Counted from the first letter of the stretch, positions 1-10,149 are shown. The stretch is 64,000 nucleotides of DNA from a bacterium (GCA_044869275.1 JBIOXB010000230.1:1-64000); one strand, 5' to 3'. The notes: generated from the sequence alone by a model not told the origin. Numbers and translations are program-made.

Positions 1-573
1 AAGCTCCAATGATTGATCGTATTGCGCCTGGGGGCGCACACGGCGATACAGCCGCGCGATGGTCTCGACGTTGTGATTCAAAATCTCGGGCCGCGCTTCC
101 AAAACCGTGAGCAGCGCTTCTTCATTGCCTTTGAAATCCGGAATCAGAACTTCGATCGTGCAGCCCGGCAATCTTTCGCGGATCGCGCGAATACTTGCCG
201 CAAAAACCGCCGCGCCGCCGTCCGGCAATTCATCGCGATTGACCGAAGTAATCACGGCGTGCCGCAATTCCAATTTGGCAACGGCCTCGGCAAGACGGCG
301 CGGCTCATCGCGATCGAGCCCAATGGGCCGGCCGGTTTTCACTGCACAAAAGCCGCAACTGCGCGTGCAAATGTCGCCGAGAATCATGAAAGTTGCGCTA
401 CGGCGGCTCCAGCATTCGGCGATATTCGGGCAGCGCGCTTCTTCGCAAACCGTATGCAGTCGATGCTGATCGACCAACCCTTTGATGTGCGCATAGCCCG
501 GCCCGCCGGGGATTTTAACTTTCAGCCAATCCGGCCGGCGCGTATGTTTCGCCACGGGCGTTTGACTTTGCAT
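1..573 (-). CDS. lipA: Lipoyl synthase (5' part; runs off the window edge)
   Basis: Manual translation from ATG at 573: [22 protein letters not shown]...[17 protein letters not shown]...[19 protein letters not shown]..., containing both LipA Cys motifs (CX4CX5C and radical-SAM CX3CX2C). Absent from the ORF track because the stop lies outside the window. Confidence 0.96.
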   Translation of the reverse strand, partial: MQSQTPVAKHTRRPDWLKVKIPGGPGYAHIKGLVDQHRLHTVCEEARCPNIAECWSRRSATFMILGDICTRSCGFCAVKTGRPIGLDRDEPRRLAEAVAKLELRHAVITSVNRDELPDGGAAVFAASIRAIRERLPGCTIEVLIPDFKGNEEALLTVLEARPEILNHNVETIARLYRRVRPQAQYDQSLEL

Positions 574-594
574 GACGGGTAAGTGAATGCTCAT

Positions 595-700
595 ATCCAT
601 TCGTCAAAAACGTGGATCGTGACCTATCGATCGCACGAAGCGCCACGATCTACAGTCCACGATCCACAATTCACAATCATCTATCTTCGATTCTCAATCT
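595..700. repeat. Intergenic degenerate heptamer tandem repeat with an opposing copy
   Basis: CCACGAT CTACAGT CCACGAT CCACAAT TCACAAT, faced by CGTGGATCGTG at about 611-621. Confidence 0.6.
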
Positions 701-703
701 TTA

Positions 704-2047
704 CTAAACCCGCGGCGGCTCGAACGTTTCCAAGTGTTCCACCACGCGCTGCAAGAACTGCCCGCCATAGGCGCCGTCGATCAAGCGATGATCGTAAGAC
801 AACGACAAATAAACCAGGTCACGAATCGCAATGCCTTCCCCCACGACCACCGGCGTTTTCTTGATCGCGCCGATTCCCAAGATGGCGACTTGCGGCTGGT
901 TGATCACCGGAATTCCGAACAGATTACCAAAGCTGCCCATGTTGGTAATGCTGAAGGTGCCGCCTTGCACTTCGTCCGGCTTCAACTGCTTGTTGCGCGC
1001 GCGTTGGGCAATGTCGTTCGTCGCGCGCGCAAGACCAACCATGTTCAAGGCATCCGCGCTCTTGATCACCGGCACGATCAAGCCGTTGTCCAAGGCCACG
1101 GCAATGCCGATATTGATGAATTTTTTGAACACGATATTGCTGCCGTCGATGCTGGCGTTGATCATGGGAAAGTCCTTCAGCGCGCGCACCGTGGCGTCAA
1201 TGAAAAAGGGCGTGTAAGTCAGTTTCGTACCTTCGCGTTTCTCGAATTCATGTTTGACACGCTCGCGATATTGCACGATCCTGGTCATGTCGCAAGTCGA
1301 AACCGAATACACATGTGGCGAGGTTTGCTTGCTCATCACCATGTGTTCGGCGATACGGCGTCGCATGTTGTCCATGGGCACGATTTCGACGCGGTCTTGA
1401 TCGTACACCACAACAGGTGCCGGCGCCGGCGTTCTGGCGGCGGAGACGGCGCCCGGGGCCGCAGGTTTGGGCGTTTTGCGCTGTTCCAAATACGCCAGGA
1501 TATCATTTTTCGTCACTCGTCCCGACGCACCGGTGCCGGCGATCGCCGCGAGCTCGGTGAGCGGGATTCTTTCTTCTTTCGCAATCGCGCGCACCAGGGG
1601 TGAATAAAAACGATCACCATCACGCGCCGTCACTTCGGTGGCTGCCGCGGAAGCCGGAGCAGGAGCCGCTGCAGCAACGGACGGGGCCGCAGGCGCTGGC
1701 TTTATTGCAGGCTTGGAGTCTTCTCTGGGCGCAGCAGCGGATGGGGGCGCAGCCGTCGATGCCGCCGGGGCAGCTTTGCCATTACCCGCCGGCACAGCGG
1801 CACTGGAGTCCGTTTCAATGCGTGCGATCGGAGTTCCAACATTCACCGTCTTTCCTTCTTCCACCAGGATTTCGGCAATCACACCCGAAACCGGTGCAGG
1901 GATTTCGGAATCGACTTTGTCGGTGCTGATTTCGAGCAAGGTTTCGTCCCGCTCGACTTTATCGCCGGCTTTTTTCAGCCATTTCAGAATCGTGCCTTCG
2001 GCAATGCTTTCGCCCATCTGCGGCATGGTCATATCGATTTTGGCCAT
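704..2047 (-). CDS. 2-oxoacid dehydrogenase E2, dihydrolipoamide acyltransferase (SucB/DlaT-like)
   Basis: One lipoyl domain (EISTDKVDSEIP), Ala/Pro linker, E3-binding domain (SPLVRAIAKE...GTGASGRVTKNDI), catalytic SYDHRLIDG. Confidence 0.93.
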   Translation of the reverse strand: MAKIDMTMPQMGESIAEGTILKWLKKAGDKVERDETLLEISTDKVDSEIPAPVSGVIAEILVEEGKTVNVGTPIARIETDSSAAVPAGNGKAAPAASTAAPPSAAAPREDSKPAIKPAPAAPSVAAAAPAPASAAATEVTARDGDRFYSPLVRAIAKEERIPLTELAAIAGTGASGRVTKNDILAYLEQRKTPKPAAPGAVSAARTPAPAPVVVYDQDRVEIVPMDNMRRRIAEHMVMSKQTSPHVYSVSTCDMTRIVQYRERVKHEFEKREGTKLTYTPFFIDATVRALKDFPMINASIDGSNIVFKKFINIGIAVALDNGLIVPVIKSADALNMVGLARATNDIAQRARNKQLKPDEVQGGTFSITNMGSFGNLFGIPVINQPQVAILGIGAIKKTPVVVGEGIAIRDLVYLSLSYDHRLIDGAYGGQFLQRVVEHLETFEPPRV

Positions 2048-2097
2048 GGCCTATTCCTTTTGTTTTGCAATTGTATTTGCGAAAAAGTGATCATCAA

Positions 2098-2170
2098 TTC
2101 GTAATGCGTGATCCTTAATCCGGAATCAGCGTCGAAGTTGCGGGTTAAAGATTACGTTTTGCGTATTACT
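2098..2170. repeat. Intergenic heptamer repeats arranged as inverted arms
   Basis: CGTAATG CGTGATC CTTAATC CGGAATC ... ATTACGT TTTGCGT ATTAC; same unit family as 16897-16960. Confidence 0.55.
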
Positions 2171-2798
2171 CATTCATTTTCCAGCTTACCGCCAGTCCAT
2201 CGCGCACGGGCAGAATGACGGTCCACAGATTCTCGGTGCTGAACGCGGCGCGATTGTATTCCACCACGCCGCGGGTGGTGGCATCGGGATTGGGACTGAG
2301 CACGCGACCGTGAAATAAGGCATTATCCGTGATGAGCAATCCACCCTCGCGCAGCTTCGTCAGCGCCAGCTGCAGGGCGTCGGGATAAAACTCCGTATCA
2401 ACGTCACAAAAAATAAGATCAAATAGCCCTTCGGTCTTGCCCAAAATCTTCAACGCATCCCCGATTCTCAATTGTACTTTGGGCAGCAGGCCCGCGACTT
2501 TCAAATAATCTTCGGCGAGATCGACGTTGTTTTGCGAGGCTTCGGAACAAATCAATTTACCCTCCGCCGGCAAAGCCATCGCAATCCAAAATGCGGAATA
2601 ACCGAAGCCGGACCCCATTTCAAAAATACGCCGGGCACCGGTGATTTTGACGTATTGATACAAAACGCGCCCGACTTGCGGGCCGACAATTGGAAAATCT
2701 CGCTCTTTTGCGAAACGCTCCATCTCCAGTAATTTGGGATGGCGCTCGGGCAAAAGCGAGTCGAGATACCGATTGATTTCAGGATGAATAAGGTCCAT
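2166..2798 (-). CDS. Class I SAM-dependent O-methyltransferase (Methyltransf_3-like)
   Basis: IFEMGSGFGYSA, FDLIFCDVD, LREGGLLITDNALFHGRV, LPVRDGL motifs. Confidence 0.88.
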   Translation of the reverse strand: MDLIHPEINRYLDSLLPERHPKLLEMERFAKERDFPIVGPQVGRVLYQYVKITGARRIFEMGSGFGYSAFWIAMALPAEGKLICSEASQNNVDLAEDYLKVAGLLPKVQLRIGDALKILGKTEGLFDLIFCDVDTEFYPDALQLALTKLREGGLLITDNALFHGRVLSPNPDATTRGVVEYNRAAFSTENLWTVILPVRDGLAVSWKMNE

Positions 2799-2935
2799 TG
2801 CTCATTTGTGCGTTTGGTCAAATCAGAAGCTCCCACGATCGCAGCGATTGTGCCAATCCGCTTTCTACTCAAGTTCGATCCCAGAGCGATATTGCTTTTG
2901 GCAAAGCAAAAGCGCGTGCAGGCACGGCGACAAGG

Positions 2936-4597
2936 CTACAAATTCTTATAATTCGGCCCGCTGCCCCCCTCCGGCGGCACCCACGTGATGATCTCATATG
3001 GATCCATAATGTCGCAGGTTTTGCAATGCACGCAGTTCGAAGGATTCAAATGTAAACGCGGTTTACCGTTTTCCTGAACCATCTCATAGACGTTCGCCGG
3101 GCAAAAATGGCGGCAGGGATTGCCATATTCGACGGCGCAACGATCGTGGCATATGTCATAATCTGCAATGAGCAGATGCACGGGCTGATTCTCGTCGTGC
3201 AAATTGTAGGCGTGGAACACGTCCGTGACTTTGTCAAAAGTCGATACGCGATCAAAAGCAAGCGCGTGGTATTTCCGCTCCGGCGCCTGGGCGCCATGAT
3301 AATCTTTGATCTGGCGCATGCGCTTGTGTCCCGGCGCTTCGCCGCGGCGTTCTTTGAAACCCCAGCCGCCGGTGAGGAATTGCAAACCGGCATTGATCAT
3401 GCCTGCCAGCAAACCCTGATGGAAGCCCTGATGGAAGTTACGCACTTTTTTCAATTCAGCATAGGCCCAACTGGCTTTGAAACGATTTTCATAATCGCTC
3501 AATGCAGCTTCGGAGTAATCATTTTTCTCCAAGGCTTGGGCGAGCGTTTCCGCGGCCAGCATCCCGCTTTTCATGGCGAGATGAATTCCTTTGAGCTTCA
3601 TGCCATTGAGAAAGCCGCCGGTATCGCCAATCAGCATCACGCCTTCGGCATAAAGCTTGGGCATGGCGAACAATCCGCCCTCGGGAATCGACTTCGCGCC
3701 AAAGCTGACGATCTTGCCACTTTGCAAAATCCCGCGGACCAGTTGGTGCAGCTTGAAACGCTGAAATTCATGATGCGGATCGAGAAACGGATCTTCGTAT
3801 TCCAAGCCGATTACCAAACCCACAGAAACCAAGTTATCAGGCATGAAATAAATAAACCCGCCACCGAAAGTTTTGTGATCGTTGGGGAAGCCCATGGTGT
3901 GAATCACTTCACCCGCGCGCGCAGAGGCGCCGGGCACTTCCCAAACTTCCTTCACACCGATGGCATAAACTTGAGGATTCTTGCCCGCATCGAGATTTTT
4001 CTTGGCAATCAGCGCTTTCGCCATCGTGCCACGCGGACCTTCTCCCAACACCGTGACTTTGGCGCGAATATCGACGCCGGGCGTGTAATTGCTTTTCGGC
4101 CTGCCTTCCTTATCCCGGCCCTGATCGCGTGTGCGCACGCCCACGACCGCGCCATGCTCATAGAGCAATTCCATACCGGGGAAGGAGGGAAAAAGATTGA
4201 TGCCCGCTTCCTCGGCTTTTTGTCCCAGCCAAGCCACGAGGTGTTGCAGCGACAAAACATAATTTCCATGATTCGCCAGCGGCGGGGGCGTCATTGGAAG
4301 ACGCAGGCCATTGCTCTCGGTCAAAAAATAAACCGAGTCGCGCGTTACCTGTGCTTTGGGGATATCGCAAATTTCATCGAAGTCCGTATACAGCTCGCGA
4401 ATCGCACGGGGAACCAAAACCGCGCCGGAAAGAGCGTGCGCATGCACTTCGCGCGCTTTTTCAATGATGGCAATGGTAACCTCATTCCGGTTGCGCGCCG
4501 CCAGCAGCTTTTGCAGATAGAGCGCCCCTACGAGGCTCGCCGGACCGGCTCCCACAAACAAAATATCGACTTCAAGTGTCTCACGCTCCACAGCCAT
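2936..4597 (-). CDS. Electron transfer flavoprotein-quinone oxidoreductase
   Basis: FAD motif VGAGPASL, KGIHLAMKSG, C-terminal 4Fe-4S region CPANVYE...NCVHCKTCDIMDP...WVPPEGGSGPNY. Start taken at MAVERE (the ORF extends to 4624). Confidence 0.95.
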   Translation of the reverse strand: MAVERETLEVDILFVGAGPASLVGALYLQKLLAARNRNEVTIAIIEKAREVHAHALSGAVLVPRAIRELYTDFDEICDIPKAQVTRDSVYFLTESNGLRLPMTPPPLANHGNYVLSLQHLVAWLGQKAEEAGINLFPSFPGMELLYEHGAVVGVRTRDQGRDKEGRPKSNYTPGVDIRAKVTVLGEGPRGTMAKALIAKKNLDAGKNPQVYAIGVKEVWEVPGASARAGEVIHTMGFPNDHKTFGGGFIYFMPDNLVSVGLVIGLEYEDPFLDPHHEFQRFKLHQLVRGILQSGKIVSFGAKSIPEGGLFAMPKLYAEGVMLIGDTGGFLNGMKLKGIHLAMKSGMLAAETLAQALEKNDYSEAALSDYENRFKASWAYAELKKVRNFHQGFHQGLLAGMINAGLQFLTGGWGFKERRGEAPGHKRMRQIKDYHGAQAPERKYHALAFDRVSTFDKVTDVFHAYNLHDENQPVHLLIADYDICHDRCAVEYGNPCRHFCPANVYEMVQENGKPRLHLNPSNCVHCKTCDIMDPYEIITWVPPEGGSGPNYKNL

Positions 4598-4631
4598 GCC
4601 AAAACGATCTCGAGAGTTTTCCACATTGACA

Positions 4632-4700
4632 GGATTGATGGATCATTGGATCGATGGATTTCCGGGAATCATCAACTCCAACAATCCATCAATCCCATGA
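4632..4700. repeat. Intergenic octamer repeats in inverted arrangement
   Basis: GGATTGAT GGATCATT GGATCGAT GGATT ... AACAATCC ATCAATCC; related units at 6010-6045 and about 8982-9000. Confidence 0.6.
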
Positions 4701-4713
4701 TCACATTTTGCTG

Positions 4714-5976
4714 CTAACGGTCCACCTCACCCAGCACGATATCGATGCTCCCGATGATTAAGATCATGTCAGCCACCATCGCGCCGCGGCTGATTTCGTC
4801 GAGCAAACTGACATGCACGAAGCAGGAGGAGCGGCAACGCACGCGGTCGGGAATATCGCTGCCATTGGAGCGCAGATAAAAGCCGATTTCGCCGCGTGGC
4901 GCTTCGCTGCGCACATAACATTCGGCGCCGGCGGGCGGGCGCATACGTCGCGGGATCGCTTCTTTCACGTCGCCTTGTTCCGGGCATTGCGCGAGCGCCT
5001 GCCGCAAAATTCTGACCGATTGCTCGATTTCTTTGATGCGAACATAATAACGATCCAACACCGAACCGAGGGGGCCATGCAAGCCTTCGCCCACGGGCAC
5101 TTCAAACTCGAATTGCGGATAAAGCGAATAGGGATCGTCTTTGCGCACGTCCCATTTGACGCCGCTGCCGCGCAGCACCGGTCCGGTCGCGCCGCAATTG
5201 ATCGCCACTTCCGGCGGCAGAATGCCGATGTCGGCGGCGCGTTTGATGAAAATATGATTACCCGAAAGCAAGCGGTTGAACTCTTGCATGTTTCTTTCAA
5301 ATTCATCGAGGAACGCGCTGGCTTTTTTGAGCCAGCCGGAAGGCATGTCACGGCCGAGGCCGCCGATCCAAATGTAATTATACAACAGGCGTGCGCCCGA
5401 AAGCCATTCGAACAAATCGAGAATGCGCTCCCGGTCGCGGAAAGCCCATAGGAAAGGCGTGACCGCGCCGACATCGAGGCCGAACGTACCCACGGCCATC
5501 AGATGGCTGGCGATGCGCATGAATTCTGCGCAAATCACCCGAATGTATTCCACTTTTTTCGGCAATTCTTTCACGCCCAAGATTTTTTCCACGGCGAGAC
5601 AGTAGCCGAAATTCATGCTCATCGAGGCGAGATAATCGAGCCGGTCGGTATAAGGAATGACCTCGTTCCAGCCGAGGTTCTCCGCATGCTTTTCGAAATT
5701 GCGATGCAGGTAGCCGATGTGCGGCGTGCATTTTTTGACGACTTCGCCATCGAGCACCAATTCCAGGCGCAATACGCCGTGCGTGGAAGGGTGCTGCGGC
5801 CCCATGTTGACAATCATGTCTTCGCCGGGGAAATCCTTGCTGTGCCGCGCCTTGGCCATCACTTCGTAATTGTGCTTTTCAATCGCAGCGGTGGGATCGA
5901 GATCGACGACCAGATTGCCTTCGTCTTCGAAATAGTACCGCTGCCGTTTGAATATATTTGCGAGAGAGCCGAACAT
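4714..5976 (-). CDS. nuoD: NADH-quinone oxidoreductase subunit D (second, stand-alone copy)
   Basis: NMGPQHPSTHGVLRL, IGYLHR, YTDRLDY, EAPRGE and terminal DIVLGEVDR. Confidence 0.95.
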   Translation of the reverse strand: MFGSLANIFKRQRYYFEDEGNLVVDLDPTAAIEKHNYEVMAKARHSKDFPGEDMIVNMGPQHPSTHGVLRLELVLDGEVVKKCTPHIGYLHRNFEKHAENLGWNEVIPYTDRLDYLASMSMNFGYCLAVEKILGVKELPKKVEYIRVICAEFMRIASHLMAVGTFGLDVGAVTPFLWAFRDRERILDLFEWLSGARLLYNYIWIGGLGRDMPSGWLKKASAFLDEFERNMQEFNRLLSGNHIFIKRAADIGILPPEVAINCGATGPVLRGSGVKWDVRKDDPYSLYPQFEFEVPVGEGLHGPLGSVLDRYYVRIKEIEQSVRILRQALAQCPEQGDVKEAIPRRMRPPAGAECYVRSEAPRGEIGFYLRSNGSDIPDRVRCRSSCFVHVSLLDEISRGAMVADMILIIGSIDIVLGEVDR

Positions 5977-6009
5977 AAAATTTCCCGTGCGCCGATTGTT
6001 TGTTTATGT

Positions 6010-6045
6010 GGATTATTGGATCAGTGGATTGTTGGAGCGATGGGC
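6010..6045. repeat. Intergenic octamer tandem repeat
   Basis: GGATTATT GGATCAGT GGATTGTT GGAGCGAT GG. Confidence 0.6.
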
Positions 6046-6094
6046 ATTGGTTCTGTCGATTGATGACGTTGCAGCAATCCCTCACTTCGAAGTT

Positions 6095-6412
6095 TCACCC
6101 GTGCGCCGCCGGCGCCTGCTGCGTTTTTGGTTTCGGCGGCGCGGCCGCTGCTTTGGCCGCTTTGGTGGCCGGTTCGATTTCTACACCGATCCCAAGCAGA
6201 AATTCCGGCGCAAAGTCAGCTCCATTTGGCCATTCGATAGTTCTCGTATCGGGATTGACCTTCACTTGGCGAAAGAACTGAATTTCCTTCAGGGGTTCAA
6301 AAACTTCGCCATAGAGCTCGTTCTGTAAATCAATATCTCTTACAGAGCCGTCATCAAATTTCAGGCGCAGCTTGTATTCCTCCAGCCATGTCACACTGCT
6401 GATATCGTGCAT
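6095..6412 (-). CDS. DUF2442-family protein (putative antitoxin) with a NuoI-derived C-terminal tail
   Basis: YKLRLKFDDG...DL...LYGEVFEPLK...F.QVKV...TIEWPNGADFAPEFL is the DUF2442 pattern. The last 22 aa duplicate the NuoI tail. Confidence 0.85.
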   Translation of the reverse strand: MHDISSVTWLEEYKLRLKFDDGSVRDIDLQNELYGEVFEPLKEIQFFRQVKVNPDTRTIEWPNGADFAPEFLLGIGVEIEPATKAAKAAAAPPKPKTQQAPAAHG

Positions 6413-6485
6413 GGAAATGCGGCGGTTCATGGTCGTTATAATTCATGAAAATGACGATGCCATAAAATCGTGAAAGTTCTGGCAT
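6354..6485 (-). pseudogene. Truncated DUF4160-family gene (putative toxin), 43 aa
   Basis: Manual translation MPELSRFYGIVIFMNYNDHEPPHFHARYQ matches the DUF4160 N-terminus, then runs out of frame into the DUF2442 gene and stops. Confidence 0.8.
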
Positions 6486-6527
6486 TTCATTCCCCCCGAA
6501 AATGAAATTCCTCATACCAATTGAAAG

Positions 6528-7100
6528 TTACCCGTGCGCCGCGGGCGCCTGCTCCGTTTTTGGCTTCGGTGGCGCGGCCGCTGCTTTGGCCGCTTTCGCA
6601 GCGGCCGCCGCGGCATCTTCCACTGCTTGCTCAGCGAGCATTTTGGCGGCTAACGCCGGTTCATATTTTGAAAAATGAAAAATGCCGTTGCTGCGATCAT
6701 ACACCGTCGCTTCATATTTGTCCGTCATGTACAGGCATTCCGTGGGGCACACCGTGGTGCACAAATCGCAATAGCAGCATTTGAACATGTCGATATCGAA
6801 GCGCACCACGTGCTGGCGAATGGGATTGCCGGTCGAGGCTTTGCCCAGGTCTTCGTTCGGCTTGGTCTTGACGGTGTCAATGTAAATGCAATCCACCGGA
6901 CAGATGCGCGCGCATTTGTAGCAGCCGATGCAATCGTCCACGTTCATGAACAGTTGCATGCGGGTGCCCGGCGGCAAGGAGAAGCGTGCGTGCGGGTACG
7001 TGATCGTGGTCGCCGGCCGGAACAAGTGCTTCCAGGTCTCGCCCATGCCAATCAGCACGGTGTAGATACTATTGAACACGTTTTTGAAGTATTCCGCCAT
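6528..7100 (-). CDS. nuoI: NADH-quinone oxidoreductase subunit I (second copy)
   Basis: TITYP, CIGCYKCARICPVDCI and CCYCDLCTTVCPTECL ferredoxin motifs; GGAG before ATG at 7100. Confidence 0.92.
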   Translation of the reverse strand: MAEYFKNVFNSIYTVLIGMGETWKHLFRPATTITYPHARFSLPPGTRMQLFMNVDDCIGCYKCARICPVDCIYIDTVKTKPNEDLGKASTGNPIRQHVVRFDIDMFKCCYCDLCTTVCPTECLYMTDKYEATVYDRSNGIFHFSKYEPALAAKMLAEQAVEDAAAAAAKAAKAAAAPPKPKTEQAPAAHG

Positions 7101-7102
7101 GC

Positions 7103-7705
7103 TCACTCCTTTTTCTCGGAAGCGTTGCCGTTTTGCGCCACAGGCAGTTTCTTCTCGAAGGCAAAAACATAATGGCCACGCTCGGGATTCACCATCAGCG
7201 TGTCGATCTTGTGCCAATCTTCATCATACGGCACGCGAATGCCGTGATAATACTCCTGCACCACGTAGTCTTTGCGCAGCGGCCAGCCTTCCCAATCATC
7301 GGGACAAAGCACGCGGCGAAGATCGGGGTGGCCGTCGAAAGCGATGCCGAACAAATCATAGGCCTCGCGTTCGTGCCAATCCGCGGTGCGCCATAATAAT
7401 GACACGGTTGGAACATGCCCGCTTTCGCGCGGTACCTCGGCCTTCACGGTGAACCAATGTCTGTGCCGAAAGGAAAAGAGATGATAGATGAGGCCCAAAT
7501 CTTTTCCTGCCCCCAAGTCGTAGCCGGAAATGTCGTGGCACATGTCGAAGTAAAGCTCGGGTTCGTCCTTGAGAAATTGACACACTTCGCGCACGGCCGG
7601 GGGCGCGACTCTCACGGCGGGGTCGAGAGCCTTTTCATCAAAGGCGAGTATTTGTTCGCCGAACTTGTCGCGCAGTTTTTGAACGATATCCGCAGGGCTC
7701 ATCAT
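7103..7705 (-). CDS. nuoC: NADH-quinone oxidoreductase subunit C (stand-alone copy)
   Basis: VPTVSLLWRTADWHEREAYDLFGIAFDGHPDLRRVL...GWPLRKDY. Confidence 0.95.
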   Translation of the reverse strand: MMSPADIVQKLRDKFGEQILAFDEKALDPAVRVAPPAVREVCQFLKDEPELYFDMCHDISGYDLGAGKDLGLIYHLFSFRHRHWFTVKAEVPRESGHVPTVSLLWRTADWHEREAYDLFGIAFDGHPDLRRVLCPDDWEGWPLRKDYVVQEYYHGIRVPYDEDWHKIDTLMVNPERGHYVFAFEKKLPVAQNGNASEKKE

Positions 7706-8250
7706 CAGCTCGCCGTCTCCGTCAATTTGCGTTTGACGTGGCTTTCACGCCGGATTTTTTCCTGCAATTTCAACAATCCGTCAATCAACGCTTCGGGGCG
7801 CGGCGGGCAACCGGGCACATAAACGTCAACGGGAACGATGCGATCGACGCCTTTAAGCACGTGATAGCCGTGTTTCCAGTAGGGCCCGCCGCAGGTGGCG
7901 CAACTGCCCATGGACATCACGTATTTCGGCTCGGGCATTTGATCGTACAGGGTTTTCACGCGCAGCGCCATTTTCAGCGTTACCGTGCCGGCCACGATCA
8001 TCAGGTCCGTTTGCCGCGGGCTGGGGCGAAACACCCCGGCCCCGAAGCGGTCGAGATCGTATTTGGAGGCGCCCACCGCCATCATCTCGATGGCGCAGCA
8101 GGCCAGGCCGAACGTCATGGGCCATATCGACGAGAGCTTGGCCCAATTCAACAACGAATCTATCGAGGTGACGATCACGTTGTCGCCGTAGCGGCCCTCT
8201 TCGAGGAAGCGCTGCTCTTTTCGAAGAAAGGTGGGGTGGTCTTGAGGCAT
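7705..8250 (-). CDS. nuoB: NADH-quinone oxidoreductase subunit B (second copy)
   Basis: [37 protein letters not shown]. Confidence 0.96.
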   Translation of the reverse strand: MPQDHPTFLRKEQRFLEEGRYGDNVIVTSIDSLLNWAKLSSIWPMTFGLACCAIEMMAVGASKYDLDRFGAGVFRPSPRQTDLMIVAGTVTLKMALRVKTLYDQMPEPKYVMSMGSCATCGGPYWKHGYHVLKGVDRIVPVDVYVPGCPPRPEALIDGLLKLQEKIRRESHVKRKLTETAS

Positions 8251-8391
8251 TATTCCTCCCGGAACGTTTCAACGCAAAAATCAAATTCGGATTGACGGGG
8301 TTTTGATCGTGGCACGACTGCACTTCTAAAGCAATATAGAGAAATGAGGCAGGAAGGTCAAGCGCCAAAAACTTCGATGAAAACGGAACGA

Positions 8392-8940
8392 TCATTCCAA
8401 ATCTGGTCGCGCGACATAGTTTTCTTTCTTGGGACTGAAGCTCAACAGCGTATCGCGATTGAGCATCATGCCGTTGCGCGTGTATGCGGAGAATTCCAGC
8501 ACACCGGTGTCCATGCGTATCGCGTCTTCGGGACAGGCTTCGACGCAATAGCCGCAGAACACGCACTTGCCGAGATCGATATCGAAAACGAGCGGATATT
8601 TTTCGATTTCTTTTTCCGGGCGCTCGCCCGCCACGATGTAAATGCATTTGGCCGGGCAAACGGTTTCGCACATCATACAGGCGACGCAGCGCGGGGATCC
8701 GTCATCGCGCTTGGTGAGCCGGTGCAGCGTGCGCAAGCGCGGCCAAATCGGGCGCCGCACTTCTGGATATTGAAACGTCACCGCGCCTTTCCATTCGCGT
8801 TTGACGCCCAGGCTGGCCAGGGTGAAATGCCAGAGATTGAAAAAAAACCTGACCATGGTCAGCTTCAAGCCGTCCCAAATCCGGGGCAGGTAAGTTCTTT
8901 CCCAGAAAGTGAGAGGCTTATATTTGTCGTGAACATTCAT
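8392..8940 (-). CDS. nuoI: NADH-quinone oxidoreductase subunit I (first copy)
   Basis: VTFQYPE, RCVACMMCETVCPAKCI, KCVFCGYCVEACPEDAI. Confidence 0.95.
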   Translation of the reverse strand: MNVHDKYKPLTFWERTYLPRIWDGLKLTMVRFFFNLWHFTLASLGVKREWKGAVTFQYPEVRRPIWPRLRTLHRLTKRDDGSPRCVACMMCETVCPAKCIYIVAGERPEKEIEKYPLVFDIDLGKCVFCGYCVEACPEDAIRMDTGVLEFSAYTRNGMMLNRDTLLSFSPKKENYVARPDLE

Positions 8941-9064
8941 GGCGCTGAGATCTCGGATTCAGTTGCATGTTTGCATCGCATGGTTGGATTATTGGAGCGT
9001 TGTATGGCCGGGAAAAAGCCTCCCAACCCTCATCTCTCGCTCCTCTCCCTCCAACTCGTGAAGA

Positions 9065-10147
9065 TCATTTCCAAAAGAGCACGATCGCGGCCGTGACGAT
9101 GACGTTCGCGAGCGCCACGGGCAGCAGGATTTTCCAGCCGAGGAACATGATTTGATCGTAACGGAAACGCGGCAGCGTCCAGCGAATGATCATCATGAAC
9201 CACAACAGCACGGCGACCTTCAGCGTGAACGTGAAGAATTGCAAAAGGGTGACGGCCAGATTGGAAAGGGCGAGCGTGCCGCCCCAGGGAAAATGAAAAC
9301 CCTCCGGCAGCAAATACGGCACTTGCCAGCCGCCGAGAAACAAGGTTACGGTAATGCACGCAATCAACACCGTCTCGATCAAATCGGTGAGAAAATACAT
9401 GCCGAAGCGCATGCTGCTGTACTCGACGTGATAGCCGATGATCTCGCTTTCGCCTTCAGGCGCGTCAAAAGGAATGCGTTTCGTTTCAGCGATGCCGGTG
9501 GTCAGGAACAACAAGAAACCAACGGGCTGCATCAGGATGCCCCATTGCGGTAGCCAGCCCCAAAGCAGCCTGCCTTGCGCGCGCACAATTTCCTGCAGAT
9601 CCATGGTGCCATAAATCAGCAAGACGCCGATGATCGACACTCCGATGGAAACTTCATAGGAAATCATTTGGGAGGAGGCGCGCAAACCACCCATCAGAGA
9701 ATAATTGTTGTTCGAGGCCCATGAGCCGAGCACGACCCCGTAAACCGCCATCGACATCACCGCAAAGACATACAAAATGCCGACGTCGAGCGCGGCGATC
9801 TGCATGACCACCTCTTGGCCGCCGACGGTCAGCTTGTCCGCGAATGGAATCGCGGCAAAGGCGACGGTGGCGAAAAACATGCTGATGCCCGGCGCGATCG
9901 AAAACAAGAATTTCTCCGCGCCTTTCGGGCGAAAATCTTCCTTAAAAAACATTTTCAAGGAATCGGCCACAATGTGAAACAGTCCGAACAAGCGCAGGCC
10001 GAAGATGGAGGCACGGTTGGCGCCGACACGATCCTGCATGAGGGCGCTTTGTTTGCGTTCGACCCACGTCAACAGCGCCGCGGTGTTGAACACGAAAATC
10101 AAAATGAAGAAAAAGATCTTCAGCAAGGTTGCAATCAGTTCTGCCAT
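9065..10147 (-). CDS. nuoH: NADH-quinone oxidoreductase subunit H
   Basis: ERKQSALMQDRVG, SQMISYE, AETKRIPFDAPEGESE...EYS, RWTLPRFRYDQ. Confidence 0.96.
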   Translation of the reverse strand: MAELIATLLKIFFFILIFVFNTAALLTWVERKQSALMQDRVGANRASIFGLRLFGLFHIVADSLKMFFKEDFRPKGAEKFLFSIAPGISMFFATVAFAAIPFADKLTVGGQEVVMQIAALDVGILYVFAVMSMAVYGVVLGSWASNNNYSLMGGLRASSQMISYEVSIGVSIIGVLLIYGTMDLQEIVRAQGRLLWGWLPQWGILMQPVGFLLFLTTGIAETKRIPFDAPEGESEIIGYHVEYSSMRFGMYFLTDLIETVLIACITVTLFLGGWQVPYLLPEGFHFPWGGTLALSNLAVTLLQFFTFTLKVAVLLWFMMIIRWTLPRFRYDQIMFLGWKILLPVALANVIVTAAIVLFWK

Positions 10148-10149
10148 GT

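Larger units (their letters stand above)
6095..6596 (-). repeat. 69-bp imperfect direct repeat (6095-6163 and 6528-6596) bracketing the DUF4160/DUF2442 insert
   Basis: Both copies encode KAAKAAAAPPKPKT(E/Q)QAPAAHG-stop; 5 mismatches by manual alignment. Confidence 0.9.
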
